A DNA stretch of 64,000 bases from Octopus sinensis (GCF_006345805.1 NC_043014.1:28768001-28832000); one strand, 5' to 3'; positions 39,986 to 54,970 are shown, counted from the stretch's first letter. The notes: generated by a model not told the origin, from the sequence alone. Numbers and translations are program-made.

Positions 39986-40511
39986 ATGCCCTGATGCAGT
40001 ACCAAGCAGTGGATCTCATGACTACTGATCTTAACTGATTGGAAGTGTTATCATGTACATTGTTTTGTCTTGGTATAAAAGATGGGCTACAGCAAATATT
40101 CTGCTTAATACCACAGATTTGCTTGCCAGTTGAGCATGTCCTTTGGTGGCTGATGATATATGCATCTCTGAACACAAGCAGAAGTAGTGGGGGAGCATCA
40201 TAACCATGTGTTGAGAGAAACTTTTTGGGTTTGGATAATTAACCTTTAGAAACACGGGTGTTTCGATCAACATCCTTAGATCTTTTGAGCGTGATGGGCT
40301 ACTCAAACCGAAGAAAATTCTAACTGGGCTCCACTTACAAGGTCATGCCCTGTTAATCTTGATATGAGATCATGTCGCGCACATATGGTTGTGATGCAAG
40401 TGCCTGGTGTACCCTTATCAGATAGGTAGTTATGAAGGGTATACTGGGCTTCATATATTTGTACCCCAGTGTCACTTTGATGGCATACACTGCTCTCTCA
40501 CTCACTCACTC

Positions 40512-40513
<2 letters not shown>
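39985..40513 (+). mobile_element. (TAA)n-embedded ~0.55-kb element (copy 5)
   Basis: AATGCCCTGATGCAGTACC ... CTGCTCTCTCACTCA, then (TAA)n; no long ORF, no tRNA head. Confidence 0.85.
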
Positions 40514-40597
<84 letters not shown>

Positions 40598-40599
<2 letters not shown>

Positions 40600-42690
40600 T
40601 GTATAGTGCTCATCAAAGGAGCATGTGCAGTACATAGAATTATAGACAAAAGTCAGGAAAGTGAACAGTATATGAGTTATGATATACATGTGTGCATGTG
40701 TATGGAGTGGGATGGGATATCAGGTGTAGTGTTGGCGGATTTCTGAAAGCATGGAGGTTTAAAATGATGCAATGTCTCGGCAACTAACAACTGGTGCAGG
40801 TAGTGTGAAAACAATGTTTCCGAAAGTCAGGGGAACTGTGCTGTTTTCTGACTTTGTAGGTATGCCCACGCGTGTTAGACAAATGGAGCTCAAAAAGGTG
40901 CTCATGCTGGTTATTGGCACGATGGTTAATAATTTTATAGGTGTTTACTAAGTCAGTTGCCAGACGTCGGATTTTCAATGTATCTATGCCCAAGGAAGCA
41001 AGGCGTTCAGAGTATGGTCGATGCCTGATGGTGGGTATTCGCTTGGTTGCACGTCTCTGAACAGTTTCCAGGAAGTCAATATCCTGAGTATGATAAGTGT
41101 TTCAGACTGGTGCTGTAAATTCCAAGTGTGGCCGCACCATAGCCATATGCAGTCTTAAATAGATAGCTGGAGAGTAGCTACCAAAGGTCTAACTCAGTGA
41201 TGCCAGACACGCTTGGCCTTCTTGACAATTTTAGAGATATCTTTTGTCCAGCTCAAATTGCTGCTGACAGTAATGCCCACGTCACATTCACATGAAGATT
41301 CTTGATAATAGTTTTGTGGAGAAAGTATGTGGAAACTGGGTTTTTCCTCCTAAAATGCATGATGGTATAGCTTGAGTTGCCATTCCGGTGATCCATTGTG
41401 GCATTGTATCCCGGTCCGATTGTACGAAATATCTATAGTGTTCAGGATTTGTCCTTTCTATCTCAAGATTTAGCTTGATGCCATCTGCATATTTCAGCAC
41501 TCTGGTATTCATTAAGTTAGCATATATGTCATTAATGTATGCAACAAACAAAAGGGGATCAAGAGCAGATGCCTGCGGGACACCAGATGACATCTTATAG
41601 GGTGAAGAATTCTGTCCTAGAACCGTGACTACCTTTTTTCGGCTCAAAATGAAGGACTACAAGCATGCCCATTGAAGAGTGTTTTGCCATAAGTCTTTTG
41701 TGTGTCACAGAATTAAAAGCTTTAGCAGCTTGAGTTACGGATAAATGCAAATTGCGAGGACTGGATAAAGCTATGAGAATTCCAGAAGTTCCAGAATGTT
41801 TCTCTGACACCGGATTCCATCAGTTTGGCAATGCAGCTAGTATGACTGACTGGAAGATAGTTGGCAGTGACGTGTGATCACCCATTTTGAAGAGCGGAAT
41901 GACACTGACAGTTTTCCACTGCTCCGGAGTAACACCCTTGATAAGACAGAACTGAAAGAACAGTGAAAGCTGGTACAGAAGAAAGTACCCACCACGTTTG
42001 AGAAACAGGTACGTTGCGCTTATTCTTAAGGTGACGTCGCAGCATTGGAGGTGTAAATTCCATAGTTGTTATAGAATTTGGTATCAGAGGTGGTGGAGGT
42101 CATACGTTTTGTTTTCTGACAATAAAAATGCCTGCATAGCATTCAGCAATGAGTTCTGCGCATTCTTTGGGATCGTCAGTAATCTGGCTTGAGTGGGGTC
42201 TGCGAAGAGGACCAGCTGGAGAGTGAGGTCTCTACTTTGAACGTACATATTTCCAGAAAACCTTACTGTCAGAGTTGGTTGCTGTGCGCTGCTCAAATTC
42301 AGGCACTGTCCTTTTTGTCACCTGCTTGAGATGGTTGGTTGATTTATTATGCTTTTCCTATTCATATCTGATTTATGCAATTTGTACTCCTGTTCAGCAT
42401 TACGACGTTCTTTCCTGGCAAATCTGACTGCTGCAGTCTCCCAAATTGTACTTTTGGGGTGTTTTTTGTGCTTACGTGGTACTGATGCTGCACATGCTGT
42501 CCATATTGAGTTCAGAATGTTCTGAAGTATAGTTTTCACATCTCCAGAGTCGTAAAATTGCAGCCAGTTTGGGCGTTGCAGCTCGGAGTAGTAAGAGTTC
42601 CAATCTGCTTTATTCAAAGCGAGCAATTTGGAGATAGCTGTGGTTTTTGTTACTGCCCATAAGAATCTGTTCCCGATTTTCATAGCCATG
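40598..42690 (-). pseudogene. decayed CR1-group LINE
   Basis: AKAFNSVTHKRL, SSGVPQASALDPLLFVAYINDI, LKYADGIKL, NTRGHTYKVRKQH on minus with frameshifts; 3' end runs into the triplet tract at 40514-40597. Confidence 0.85.
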
Positions 42691-42939
42691 TAATTTTCTG
42701 TGCAATTCTGTTATGTATACTGAAAGTATGTTCAGCTCACAATTTCTTTTTACCTACGGACTCGTTTGATTTCTATTTTACTTTGGTGGACGTCCATAGC
42801 GAATCAATTTTGAAAAACTAGTTTTATAGATACTTCTTTCAAAATTCCAGTTTTTTTTCCACACAGTAACTTGTCTATGTTGGGAAAGAAATCTAGTTAT
42901 TTCTTACAATGAATACATCTGAATCAAAACTTTTTCATT

Positions 42940-43034
42940 GTGGATCCCCAATAAATTATTTTGCTTGGGTGGATCCCCCACTAAATCTTATATGGACTCC
43001 TGAGGCTAATATAGACCCGGGTTGAGAACCACTG
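42940..43034. mobile_element. possible hAT (Charlie-like) terminus
   Basis: Ends GGTTGAGAACCACTG with short subterminal GTGGATCCCC repeats; partner end not found. Confidence 0.4.
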
Positions 43035-43686
43035 ATCTAGAATCTAAAGTTGGTGTTTATAGACCGTCTACACACCCCTATTCAAGGTTTGGCTAACTTA
43101 TTTTCCATAAAATCTTTCCATATTGATGGTTCAACTGTCACTTCTTACAAGATATAGTGGACCTGGTTGCTTTAAGGTCGCTTACACTCGGTTATGTTAA
43201 CGGTGAGGACAGCATGAAATCGATGTACTACATATATCCTTAAGCGTTGACCAGACTATCTGTGAAAAGTAAGAAAATATATAAAACTTCTGAAAAAAAA
43301 ATGAACATTTATAGCGTCCAATACATTTCTGATACTTTGGGTGATGTAAATGAAACGGTTACAGTTGCAAATTGATAACGGGTCATTAGATTTCAGTCTG
43401 AAAAAAACTTTTGGCTGCACCACCCACAAAAATATATCAATAATAAATATATAAACAGAAGATAAAGAATTTAAGAAAAGAAGAAAAACAAGCTTTTCGG
43501 TGGTGAGTAAATGGTTAAGCTTTCATCCAAAAATTTAAAGTGCTACCTCAACACATTCTAGAAATATTTTAGTTGTTCCATTATATATTCAGTCATATTC
43601 GTGAGTAAATATTGCCAGGCTTGTGTTTAGATTCTGTATATTTATTTTCACTCGTTCTAATTTCCCTCTTTCTCTTTCCCTTTGTA

Positions 43687-43737
<51 letters not shown>

Positions 43738-45264
43738 ACATACGTGTATATATATATATACACATATAAAATTATATGCATATATACATATATATATATA
43801 TATATGCCTATACACATCTATCAATCTATCTATCTGTCTATCTATCTATCTATCTATCCATCTATCTATCTATCTATCTATCTATATATCCATCTATCTA
43901 TCTATATATATATATATTTGTTATATATATATATACACTCACGTACATGCATACAAACAGACACACATTTACACACACAGACACACACACAGACACACAC
44001 ACATACACACACATATCTGAAATCTGCAAACGGAGGCATTTCAAAGCAATTATGGTGTGTCGTAATAGAATAAAATAAATTAATGTTTTGTAATTAAATG
44101 ACATATAGAAATTCGTATCTATAGATTCGAGAAGAGCAAAATACTACATAGGGCGAGCATGAAATTCCATCCGATCAGAGATCATTCTGTCAAAATGTCA
44201 ATAGAAAAATGACCTGACAAGTGTGTGAGAACTTCACCGTAATTCTAGACTTACCCTGTTTGTGTTATAGATGTAAGTGTTTACATGTTAGTTTGTGAGT
44301 GTTTGAGTCTGTGAGTGTTTGTGTGGATCTCCCTGTGTGTCTGTGTCTGTATGTGCTTTTGATTCTAGCGACTGTATCTTTGGAAAGATAAAAGTAAGTC
44401 TGTTCTGTTACCTTTTACAGTTGTTAAGGGGTCAACAAACGAGGCATTTCCTGGGTGTTACAGTCTGACAGTAACCATTCTATTTGCTATTTGGACATAT
44501 ATATATATATATTATATATATATATATATATATAACTGTGTTAATCTTGAGTATGGTTTATATTACCAAAGTAATCATATTACAAAAGATAATATCTTAT
44601 AGTTTCAGTTTCTAAACTATCAAGTGAGTGACTGTCAAGTAAACCTCTGGAATGAAAACTGGTCTATCGTAGCGAACAACTTACCAAGCAGCATATTGAA
44701 ATACTTGCATGAAATATGAATTTATAATCCTTGGTCTATAAAATCCAAAATGTCGATTCATTAATAAGTACTAACAAATAATGTAATTTTATTTATGATA
44801 TTAGAGAAGTCGATTAACTCCAAGATAGTATGAAATATCTTAAGAAGTTGACTTCTGTACGGTCTTTAGCAATACAATTTTGAAACGCAAAACAAGGTTA
44901 TATGAGTTTTCCAATAGAGAAAAGGTACAGAATATGCATTTGTGCAGTCACAAAATGCCATTCAGTAGAAATTTGTGATTAAACTTGTGAGAGTATAAAT
45001 AAAAATCAGGTAGCAGTTACAATAAAAGCAACAAAACTTTCAAAAATTAATATGTGACTATTTCTGCGTAGACATGTATCGTAAAACATAATTCGCAGGC
45101 TGAATCAACGTAAGACGCGGTTACAAGGCTGAACCTTGAAATTATACGTAATTTCCGAGCGACAGGTTTCTCTACAGTTTCTGATCATAAGGCTGACTGA
45201 CATTATTCTTACAAAACAAACTTTTTGACTACTCAGCCATGCGTGCGTCTAGTATACTAATAAT

Positions 45265-45492
45265 GCATTCTATTATAGGTACAAGGCATGAATTGGGGGT
45301 GGGGTGGGGGGTTGTGTAAGTCGATTACATTGATCTCAGTGTTCAACTGGTACTTATTTTATCAACTCCAAAAGAATGAAAGGCAAGGTCAACCTCGGCG
45401 GAATTTGAACTCAGGACGTAAAAATGGACCAGATACTTACTTGCTAAACATTTTGCCCTGCGTGCTAAAGATTCTACCAGCTCGCCACCTTA
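45265..45492 (-). mobile_element. SINE family B
   Basis: Reverse of AAGGTGGCGAGCTGGTAGAATC...GAGTTCAAATTCCGCCGAGGTTGACC...GCCTTGTACCTATAATAGAA. Confidence 0.85.
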
Positions 45493-45889
45493 ATTTTCCA
45501 CAATAACGATTTCTTGTATTCCGAATTCTGAGGAGAACACAAAATACATTCGTCCATCGGGTAAAGCCTCTAACTTAATCAAGCCCTCAGTAGTGTTTTC
45601 ACAAATCTACGTTTTCACTTTCAACCACCATTTTTTTTTCAAGAAGACGTTAACTTAACAAGAAGTACAGAGCCTTTGGAACTTATGACTACTGTACAAA
45701 CTAGTGAAAGTCGTTAATCCCCACCTCGACATTATGTACGATGAGTCATTGAAGAAAGCTGCACAATAGTATGTTTAAATTTTCAGAAGGAACTATAGCG
45801 TAATCAGCTGAACAATTTGTTTTATGGTGGTGGTGTGTTATCAGGGACACTATTGTTGGACATATGGCCAGCAACATCCTGTTTGTTTA

Positions 45890-46650
45890 GAAACTGTACA
45901 ATTTTAAACATCACAGAAAAGTACTGCACCTCTCGACTCTGGTAACTCAAGCAATTTAACATATACTGATTACATACAACAATTTGACATTTATCAAAGA
46001 TTTAGGCGTTTGTTTATATGAACTCGTTGAATATATTGATAAGCAATTGCCAGTGAAAATAGACAAATGTTTGCGTTGATGGCATATATTCCTGCATTAC
46101 GTAGACATGAATTACCTCTCTGTTAGACCCTATCTTTGTTATCTTGATAAATGGCTTGATTATATATAATTACTATTTGTAGACAATTCAAATGTATTCA
46201 AGTTTATGGTTGACAGTGGGAACGAGGATGTTTTGCGATACAATTTCAAGAAATGAACCTTTAATCAAATCTTAAGAGTCCTTACTCTTAGGATCAATCA
46301 AGCAACTTATACAAGAGAAATGTATAACTTTATTTTTGGAAATGAAGATGAGAAAACCTTTAATAAGATTATTAATAACAATCTTGGAATAAAGAAAGGA
46401 AATGTTTACAGTGATTAATGAAAATGGAAAATTTATTCATCGACTATAGGAAGGTGGTTATTGGACATCAGTTAAAACTATGTGAAATAGAAGGTAAATA
46501 AAGTGAGTGAATTATTTAAGTAAGTGCAGTTTGATGTTAGACATAAGCTATTTGATTTACCTTCAATGACTGCAGGCAAAAGTGGCGAGATTTATGTGTA
46601 TAAAATAACACGAGATCATACAACATATTAGACATCAAATAATGACCATT
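45890..46650 (+). pseudogene. very old CR1/L2-group RT relic
   Basis: SLLDPIFVILINGL...LFVDNSNVF at ~46117-46200 resembles GSVLGPILF..INDL..LFADD; rest barely alignable. Confidence 0.35.
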
Positions 46651-46990
46651 CATATAAATTATTAAACAACCTATTCTAAACCTTATATGGCAGCAACCGT
46701 TGCACATAATAGACACTGATTTAAATCTATCACAGTGTGATTTTTATTTAACTAAATGAAGAATAGATTGAATAAATATTGGAAGAGCAACACATTTAAG
46801 ATATATCTATATGTCAAAAATACTTTATGCAAAACATTCGGTATTAATGGTCATACAATATTGAAAATATTATTTATAGTCACACAGTATTGAACAGTAA
46901 CAAAAGTAGCTGCATTTGTCCAAGTTTTAATGCTCTTGAATATTGTAGGCACAGTTCATGTCTCAAAGGTTAAAACAATAGGTCGAAATA

Positions 46991-47556
46991 TTGGGTTGTC
47001 CGGAAAGTTCGTGCCAATTTTTAAATGAAAGAAAAAGGTCAATAAATACTTGCCATTACATTTTTAATCAATCAAATATCAACCATTTTGTTGCACAATG
47101 CGTCTCCTTTTCTTTAACTTGAAAATACCCTCTTCCCAGAATTGAGATGGTTTCATGGCAAATAATTCATCAAGGTATCTTTTTATGTCATCCAAGGAAT
47201 TGAAGTTTTTACCATTAAGACTATTCTGCAGATACCTGAATAAGTGGAAATCCAAAAGAGCAATATCTAGTGAATAATATGGAAGGTGAGTTAACACATC
47301 CCAGCCGAACTGCAGCAATTTTTGTCTGGTTCACAAAGTATCAAGTGCTGAAAATGAACTTTCTTATCGTTCATTTTAAAGGGTTACACAATTAACACAG
47401 GTTATAGGAACATAAACCTTCTTCTACGAAAAGATAGCTTAAACTGTGCTCTAAATGGAGGTGTAGTCAAATCCTATTTTACGGACTCAACCATGTTCTA
47501 AAATAAGTCGAAAGGTAAGCTACTATAAATCGGCACGAACTTTCTGGACAACCCAA
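46991..47556 (-). mobile_element. internally deleted mariner with both TIRs
   Basis: 30-bp TIRs TTGGGTTGTCC(G/A)GAAAGTTCGTGCC(A/G)ATTT (28/30 match), TA flanks; C-terminal transposase remnant HLPYYSLDIALLDFHLFRYLQNSL (cf. YSPDLAP.D). Confidence 0.92.
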
Positions 47557-48239
47557 TATAATAAATGTATATGGTCAGATACTTAGCGCAGAAATAGCTT
47601 CACTAACTGAATGAAGCAAAGTAGAAAATGAAGAGGTAATCAAAAAAGCTGAGGTAATGTAGGATAGGAGTTGGGTAATATAAGATGGTGCGAAGGGAAT
47701 AATAATGTAACTTGGCAGGATAATCTAGAATAAGAATTGTGAACTGTAAATGTTCAATAAATTCCAGTAAAATGAATATTTAGAAGTTCTAGGGTGTATA
47801 GCAACATCACAGAATTCTTTAGTTTGGCATCAAAGGAATCTTTGATGGACTTCGCTGACCTTTTCTTTGATTAATGCAGTTTGGGTAGTGCACAGGATTT
47901 TGGCAGAGGAAGCTAACAAATAATATAAGAACCAGAGATTCAAAGGTCTTTTAAACAGTGTTTGTAGTTGGCAATGATGTGTCTGAGAGGTAGGTTGAGA
48001 AAGATATGGAATAAGAAAGGGGACAATTAGAGAAAGGGAGTGAGGGGAAGAGGGGGGGCAGAAAAGAGTGAAGATTAACAATGGGTAAGGGAGCGGGTTG
48101 GAGTGTAACGAAACTTTAAAATATGGATGGAAAAACAAAGTAAAGACAAATAGAAAACTGAAGGTTACTTAAGATGAAGAGATTTAAATGAGGGTAGATC
48201 AAAGATAGACTACAACATGAACAGCAACAACAAATGACA

Positions 48240-48345
48240 ACGACAACGATGTCGTTGTCATCATCATCATCATCACCACCACCACCACCAGCAGCATCAT
48301 CATTATCATCATCATCATCGTCATCATCATCATCATCACCATCAC

Positions 48346-48415
<70 letters not shown>

Positions 48416-48481
48416 TCATCATCATCATCATCATCCATCATCATCATCATCATCATCATCATCCTCATCATCATCATCATC

Positions 48482-48546
<65 letters not shown>

Positions 48547-48592
48547 CATCGTCATCGTCATCATCATCATCATCACCACCATCATCATCATC

Positions 48593-48624
<32 letters not shown>

Positions 48625-48629
48625 CATCA

Positions 48630-48698
<69 letters not shown>

Positions 48699-48714
48699 CA
48701 TCACCACCATCATC

Positions 48715-48805
<91 letters not shown>

Positions 48806-48806
48806 A

Positions 48807-48875
<69 letters not shown>

Positions 48876-48897
48876 CATCATCATCACCATCATCATC
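48240..48897. repeat. ~650-bp (CAT)n microsatellite with CAC/CGT variants
   Basis: Directly visible; explains the poly-S/H/D/M ORFs. Confidence 0.95.
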
Positions 48898-49139
48898 GAA
48901 AACGACTACATCAACTTTGACGACAATATGTATAACAATCACTACATGAACAACTCAAGCTACCATCTTGAAAACGACATTAACATCATCACTAAAACGA
49001 ATGATAACAACGATTCCTAAAAATAGCAAGAACAAAGAATCATAAGGCAGACAACAGAATGGTTACGGTACTTTCCTCTCTGTCAGTTTGTCTGCTTCTC
49101 TTTCTCTTTCTAACCCATCAGATTAACGTCAAATTGTTT

Positions 49140-49292
49140 TATTCTGAGCTCGAATTCCGCCGCGGTCGACTCTACGTTTCATGATTTCGGAGTTGGTGAA
49201 ATAAGTACTAATTACACATGGGGTCGATGTAATCGACAAGACCCCTCCCACAAAATTTCAGCCCTTGAGCTTAAAATAAAAAGGATTATTAT
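49140..49292 (+). mobile_element. SINE family B, 3' part
   Basis: TTCTGAGCTCGAATTCCGCCGCGGTCGAC...GGGGTCGATGTAATCGAC...AAAATTTCAGCCCTTG. Confidence 0.75.
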
Positions 49293-49440
49293 TGAACATA
49301 AATAACAAAGATGTATACATGTGTATGTGTGTATGTGTGTATGTGTGTATGTGTGAGTGAATACATAAGTATATGTAGATAGATATATAGATAGATAGAC
49401 AGACAGATAGAGATAGATAGATATAGATATATAGACACAC

Positions 49441-49488
<48 letters not shown>

Positions 49489-49597
49489 TATTTTGATTTT
49501 GATTTTGATTTTTCTAGTTTCAGCTAATGAGCTGCGGCCATGCTGGGGCACATAATAGTTAGATAGATAGATAAATATAGAGAGATAGAGAGATAGG

Positions 49598-49683
<86 letters not shown>

Positions 49684-50260
49684 AAATCATGCAGATAAAT
49701 ATATAGATAAGAAAAGAGAGAGAGAGAGAGTAATACTGAAGATAGAGACAAGTAAAAGTAATTTAAAGAAATAAATAAGTGCAGCAGAATAAAGAGAAAG
49801 AATTGGCGAAAGAAGGAGATATTGCAGAAGAAAACAAAAGAAGAAAGTGAGGTATGGAAGAAAGGAGGGGATGATGCCATAAATCAGCAAACCTTGGCTG
49901 GTTGCCCATGAGTGAGGGGTTTCAACAGAAAATGATGAAAAAAAGTCAAATATCGAAAACAAAAAAAACGATATGGAAAAAAAAAACAGAAACAAGGGAA
50001 GAGGGTAAACATGAATAAAAATAAATAAAAGGGAAGACTACAGAAAAAAAAATAAAAACATTTTCAGACGGTTAAAAACGAAAAATTAAAAACGCCATTG
50101 CAATATGTTCGAGGCAGTTTATATAAATAAATGTAAAACAACAAGAGTTAGTAACAAATGAACAAATAACGTCAATAGCATCTGAAACAACTGTATTGGC
50201 AACAACAATTACAAGTAGCAGAGAAGCACTAAGAAAGAGCGTCTATAGAATAGCATCTAG

Positions 50261-50311
<51 letters not shown>

Positions 50312-50504
50312 TAGATAGATATATAGATAGATAGATATATATATATATATAAGTGTGTGTGTTTGTGTGTGTATAGATAGATAGATAGATATAGATATAG
50401 ATAAAGATATAAATATACACACATACATATATATACATTATATATGTGTATATATATATATATATATACATTTTATATGTATATATACATACATATATAT
50501 TTAC

Positions 50505-50538
<34 letters not shown>

Positions 50539-50751
50539 GCGCGCGCGCACACACACACACACACACATATGTACGCTGCAAACATCGCAACGCCAACGAC
50601 TATCACCACCACCATAATTCTTCTACTACTACTACTACTACTACTACTACTGTTGCTGCTGCTGCGGCTGCTACTGCTGCGTCTGCTGCAGCTACTGCTG
50701 CTATTACTACTACTATAACCACCGTCACCAGTACTACTCTTCTGGCTACTA

Positions 50752-50819
<68 letters not shown>

Positions 50820-51167
50820 AGTGCTGCTGGTGCTGCAGTATCAATAACAATACGAATGAAAGCTCAAGGGAAATTGGCAGATGTCTGCGTATAGAGTTTT
50901 TTTTTTAGAGGGTTAAGAGGAAATATTTTTAGTAAGAAAACGGAATTTACAAAAGTTCAAAAGAAATTCTTTCTTGAAACAAAAAAAAAAAAAAGAGTTG
51001 GACAAAAGTGAATGTGTTGTGGTGAATCTGTGGTAAAATCTCTCGCTTTGCACCTATGTTGTTCCGAGTTCGTGCCCACTGAGTGACACATTTATCAAGC
51101 GTTATTAGCATCAACATGTATACACCCCCACATACACAGGCATACATACATACATACACACACACAT

Positions 51168-51246
<79 letters not shown>

Positions 51247-51273
51247 CAGATAGATAATAGATAGATAGATAGA

Positions 51274-52390
51274 TTAGGTTGAGTAAAAAGGAAGCAATTG
51301 TACCGGACTTTTGCGGAGTTTGAATTTTTTGAATTTTTTAAAAACATTTTTTTGAAATTGTCTGATAATACAGACACAGACTTACCCAAATACATCAATA
51401 AATTAACATTGATATTTTTTTCCCCGTTATTACAATCATCTGAAATGAAACTGTCAAAGCGTGATATTGGAGCAATTTTTCTATTCAACCTCAAAAAAGG
51501 ACGCAAAGCAGCTGAAACTGCTTGCAGTATAAACGAAACGTTTGGTGAGGGAATGACCAGTGAGTGGTCAGCTCGAAAATGGTTTAAACGATTTCGCAGT
51601 AGAGACCTGAGCCTTGAAGATCGTGAGCGTAGTCGACGCCCATCTGTCATCAATGATGGTCAATTAATGACCATCATTGAGAAAGATCCACGTAAAGCCG
51701 CTCGAGAACTGGCAAAAGAATGTCAAAACTGTCTGCAACTATATGCAGGTTATCGGGAAATAAAAAAAACAGCTCGACAAACGGGTAGCACACGATTTGA
51801 AGGAAATCAGGAAATGCGCAGATATTAAATTTGCTCGTCGCTTCTCCGTAAGCAGACCGATCCATTTCTCGATCGTATTATAAGCTGTGGATTCTGTACA
51901 ATAATGAATAAACGTTCTTCGCAGTGGTTGGACCAAATCCGAGCTCTTCAAAAAGAAAGTTATGGGGACTGTTTGGTGGTGTACTGCTGGACTCATCCAC
52001 TATGACTTCATAAAGCACGGAGAAAACTATTACTGCAGAAACATATTGCCATGAAATTGCCAAAATGAACGAAAAACTGCTACTCCTCCGTCCCAGACTG
52101 GTCAACAGAAGCGGGCCAGTCATTCTTCATGACAATATTTGACCACATGTTTCTCTAATGACACTCCAGAAGTTGAGGGAACTTGGCTATGAAGTTCTTC
52201 CACACCCAGTTTATTTCCCAGACCTTTCTCCTTCCGACTACCACTTTTCCAAGCACCTTGAAGGTTTCCTGTGAGGGGAGTTAAAAAATCAAACCGATGC
52301 TTAACAAACTTGTAACTCGTTGGTAAAAATGTAGTTGAATGTGATAGCACTTACTTTGATGAATAAATTTTCCGCGTTGTTAAAATATAT
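51274..52390 (+). mobile_element. mariner relic (Hsmar1/SETMAR-like transposase pseudogene)
   Basis: Left end TTAGGTTG...; ATG 51445 MKLSKRDIGAIFLFNLKKGRKAAETA..INETFG...WFKRFRS.DLSLED.ERS.RP; later KKVMGTVWW, ILHDN, FPDLSPSDYHF in shifted frames; right TIR not seen. Confidence 0.9.
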
Positions 52391-52403
52391 TGTGATGAAT
52401 TTA

Positions 52404-52702
52404 GTGGAGATGTAATCGCCCAGTGGCTAGGGAAGCGGATTCGCGGTCGCAGGATCGCGATTTTGATTCCTACACCGAGCGTTGTTAATATTTATTTGAG
52501 CAAAAAACACCTAAAGCTCCAGGAGGATCCGGCAGGGGATGGTGGCGAAATCAGCTGTACACTTTCACCACAACTTTTTCTCATTCTTTCTTACTGCTTC
52601 TGTTGTACCTGTATTTCAAAGAGCCAGCCTTGTCACACTCACGAGCAGGCTGTTGATAGTATCAACTGGAATCCTCGTCGTCGTAACCGACGGATTTCCG
52701 CG

Positions 52703-52705
<3 letters not shown>
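52404..52705 (+). mobile_element. SINE family A head/body with a third tail type
   Basis: GTGGAG..TAATCGCCCAGTGGCTAGGG...AACACCTAAAGCTCC...CAACTTTTTCTCA as in 1552-1842, then an unrelated tail CCTCGTCGTCGTAACCGACGG. Confidence 0.75.
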
Positions 52706-52734
<29 letters not shown>

Positions 52735-53543
52735 GTGTTTGTGTGTGTATGTTGTGTGTCAACGTGTATGTGCACATGTGTGTATGTATATTTATATACA
52801 GATATATATTTATATATGTATTGTTGTTGTTGTTAGTCTCTAGCCTAAAGACGACTTGTATTGAAAATACAGTGGACTTGATAACTAATAAAAAAAACTT
52901 ATTAATCAATGCATTAAATGCAGTTCGTCCCATATTAAGATAAAACTGATAATTCTGACAAGTGCTATACAACTCCACTTCAGAAGCAAGAAATGTTTCT
53001 TAAAATGCGATTATCAAATCTGTAAATGAAAAGGCTGGAATAGATCAGCAAGAACTACAATTGTTTCAAAAGTTCACCAGGTGTATCTTACGCAAAATTA
53101 AGAATGCACTGCAAATATCCGCTGTAGTTTCTCCTCAGGCTCATACAGCATTTTTTTAATAGTCAGCCGTAGGGGAGAATGAAGCAGAAAAATATGCAGG
53201 GCTAGCAAATAAAAAGAAATTACCGGTCGTTTGGAATCGGTAAAGAACTAATAACGCACTTTAATCACCGATTAGTGAGATAGATAAAGGTAAGTTTAAT
53301 TTCGTTATCAGCATACTCAAATTACTGTAATCAGTAGATTATAATCGCTTTAATGTCTGTGTGGTATCAATGATGGGGAGCCAGCACGCCGAAGGTTGAA
53401 ATGTTTATTGCTTAGGCGGGATAAGAGTGGACATACATAATGTTATGTAAAATACACCAGATGTAGTATTTGATGACCTCTTGCGTCCCTTTTATTAACA
53501 AATATATGTATGTGTGTATATATATATTTATCGCTCTCACCCA

Positions 53544-53589
<46 letters not shown>

Positions 53590-53619
53590 ATATATATATA
53601 TATATAAATGTCCTGTACG

Positions 53620-54830
53620 TTACAGGTACGAAATTGTAATAGTATTTTGGATGTTCAATGATGAAGAATTAGCTAAGAATTTTCTATTTGTTAAGTTTGT
53701 CATAGCTGCATTTTTTGCTAACTCTGTATAATCTTCGTTTCAGAAAATAATAATGGCAGACTTACTCAGCTTACTCAAGAAATGAAGAGGCGTGCTGTTA
53801 TTGTGGTTATAAAGGCTGAGCCCAGCGATTTAGAAATATCTCGATTTTTAAAAGTTACCAGATCTTTTGTCTACAAAGTTTGTAAGGAGCTAGAGACTGA
53901 AGGTAGAAACGTATCAGCATTAAAAACATTCTAAACGCTTTGAAATCATCAGAACACTTGAATTTACTCAACAAGTTCAACAGACCATTGATTATAATCC
54001 CAGAAAGTCCATGAGATCAATTGTAAAAGATCTCTATGTGTCAGAAAGAATAGTCAGAAATATTGTCCACGAAGACATAAGATAAGGAAAGGACAATTTA
54101 TCAGAAAAAGCAAAAGAAAATCACTACATCAGATCTAAAAGACTCTTAAACAAACTGAAAAATCCAGCAGAAGATTTGATTTGGTTTTTCTCAAACGAGA
54201 AAACAGCCACTAAGATCAAAACGTCAACAGAAGAAATGACAGATTGTTATATGCAGACATTCTGAAGATCCAATTGTTATGCATACAAAATTTCCTGCAA
54301 CTGTCATGGTTTTAGGGGTTGTCAGCAATGAAGGTCATGTGATACCTCTTTACTTCTTTCCACAAGGCCTTAGAGTTAACTCTGCCGCCTACTTTGAGAT
54401 CCTGGAAATAAATGTTAATCCCTGGATAGACCGCGTATGTAATGGAAAGCCATATGTGTTTCATTAAGACTCTGCACTATTACATGTGACTCTAGTAACA
54501 CAGGAAGGGATGGCTGAAAGTTTTCATGATCACATGATCACATTTAGCCTCCTAATTCCCCAGATCTGAATTCATTGGACTATTACATGTGGAGTGTTGT
54601 TGAGAGAGAGGTCAATGAACACGCCCATAACACCAAAGATTCTATGAAAGCTGCCATAGTCAGAGTAATGTCCAAAATGAACCAGGACCAGTTGAGTCGA
54701 GCATGTAGATAATTTAGATCTCACACAGAAGCAGTTGAGGGTGGGTTTATTAAAGAACATTATAGAAATGAAGGTTTATTTTTATCTTCGCATTTTTATA
54801 TGAATAAAGTTAGTATCTGCTATTATATAT
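53620..54830 (+). mobile_element. Tc1/mariner relic of DD37D (maT-like) type
   Basis: IRTLEF, NPRKSMRSI.KDL.VSE.IVRNIVHEDI, WFFSNEK, KFPATVMVLGVVS.EG, YVFH*DSA..H, PPNSPDLNSLDYYMW; stops and frameshifts; TIRs not resolved. Confidence 0.85.
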
Positions 54831-54970
54831 GTTCAATTCAATAGTATTTCTTTATATTACAGTATAATTAAATTAACGCTTAGATCGAATTCATTTACGT
54901 AAAATGAATTTACATAAAGCATAGATATATATTTCCCATATAACGAGCACGATGAATATACCTTATTTGT

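Noticed and set aside
48199-48942. Poly-Asp/Met and poly-Ser/His ORFs as a biomineral or metal-binding protein
   Set aside because: Pure (CAT)n tract; residue switches coincide with 1-nt indels and there is no flanking coding context.
51298-51828. SETMAR-like host gene
   Set aside because: No SET domain; the transposase is frameshifted after the HTH region and sits behind a TIR-like end.
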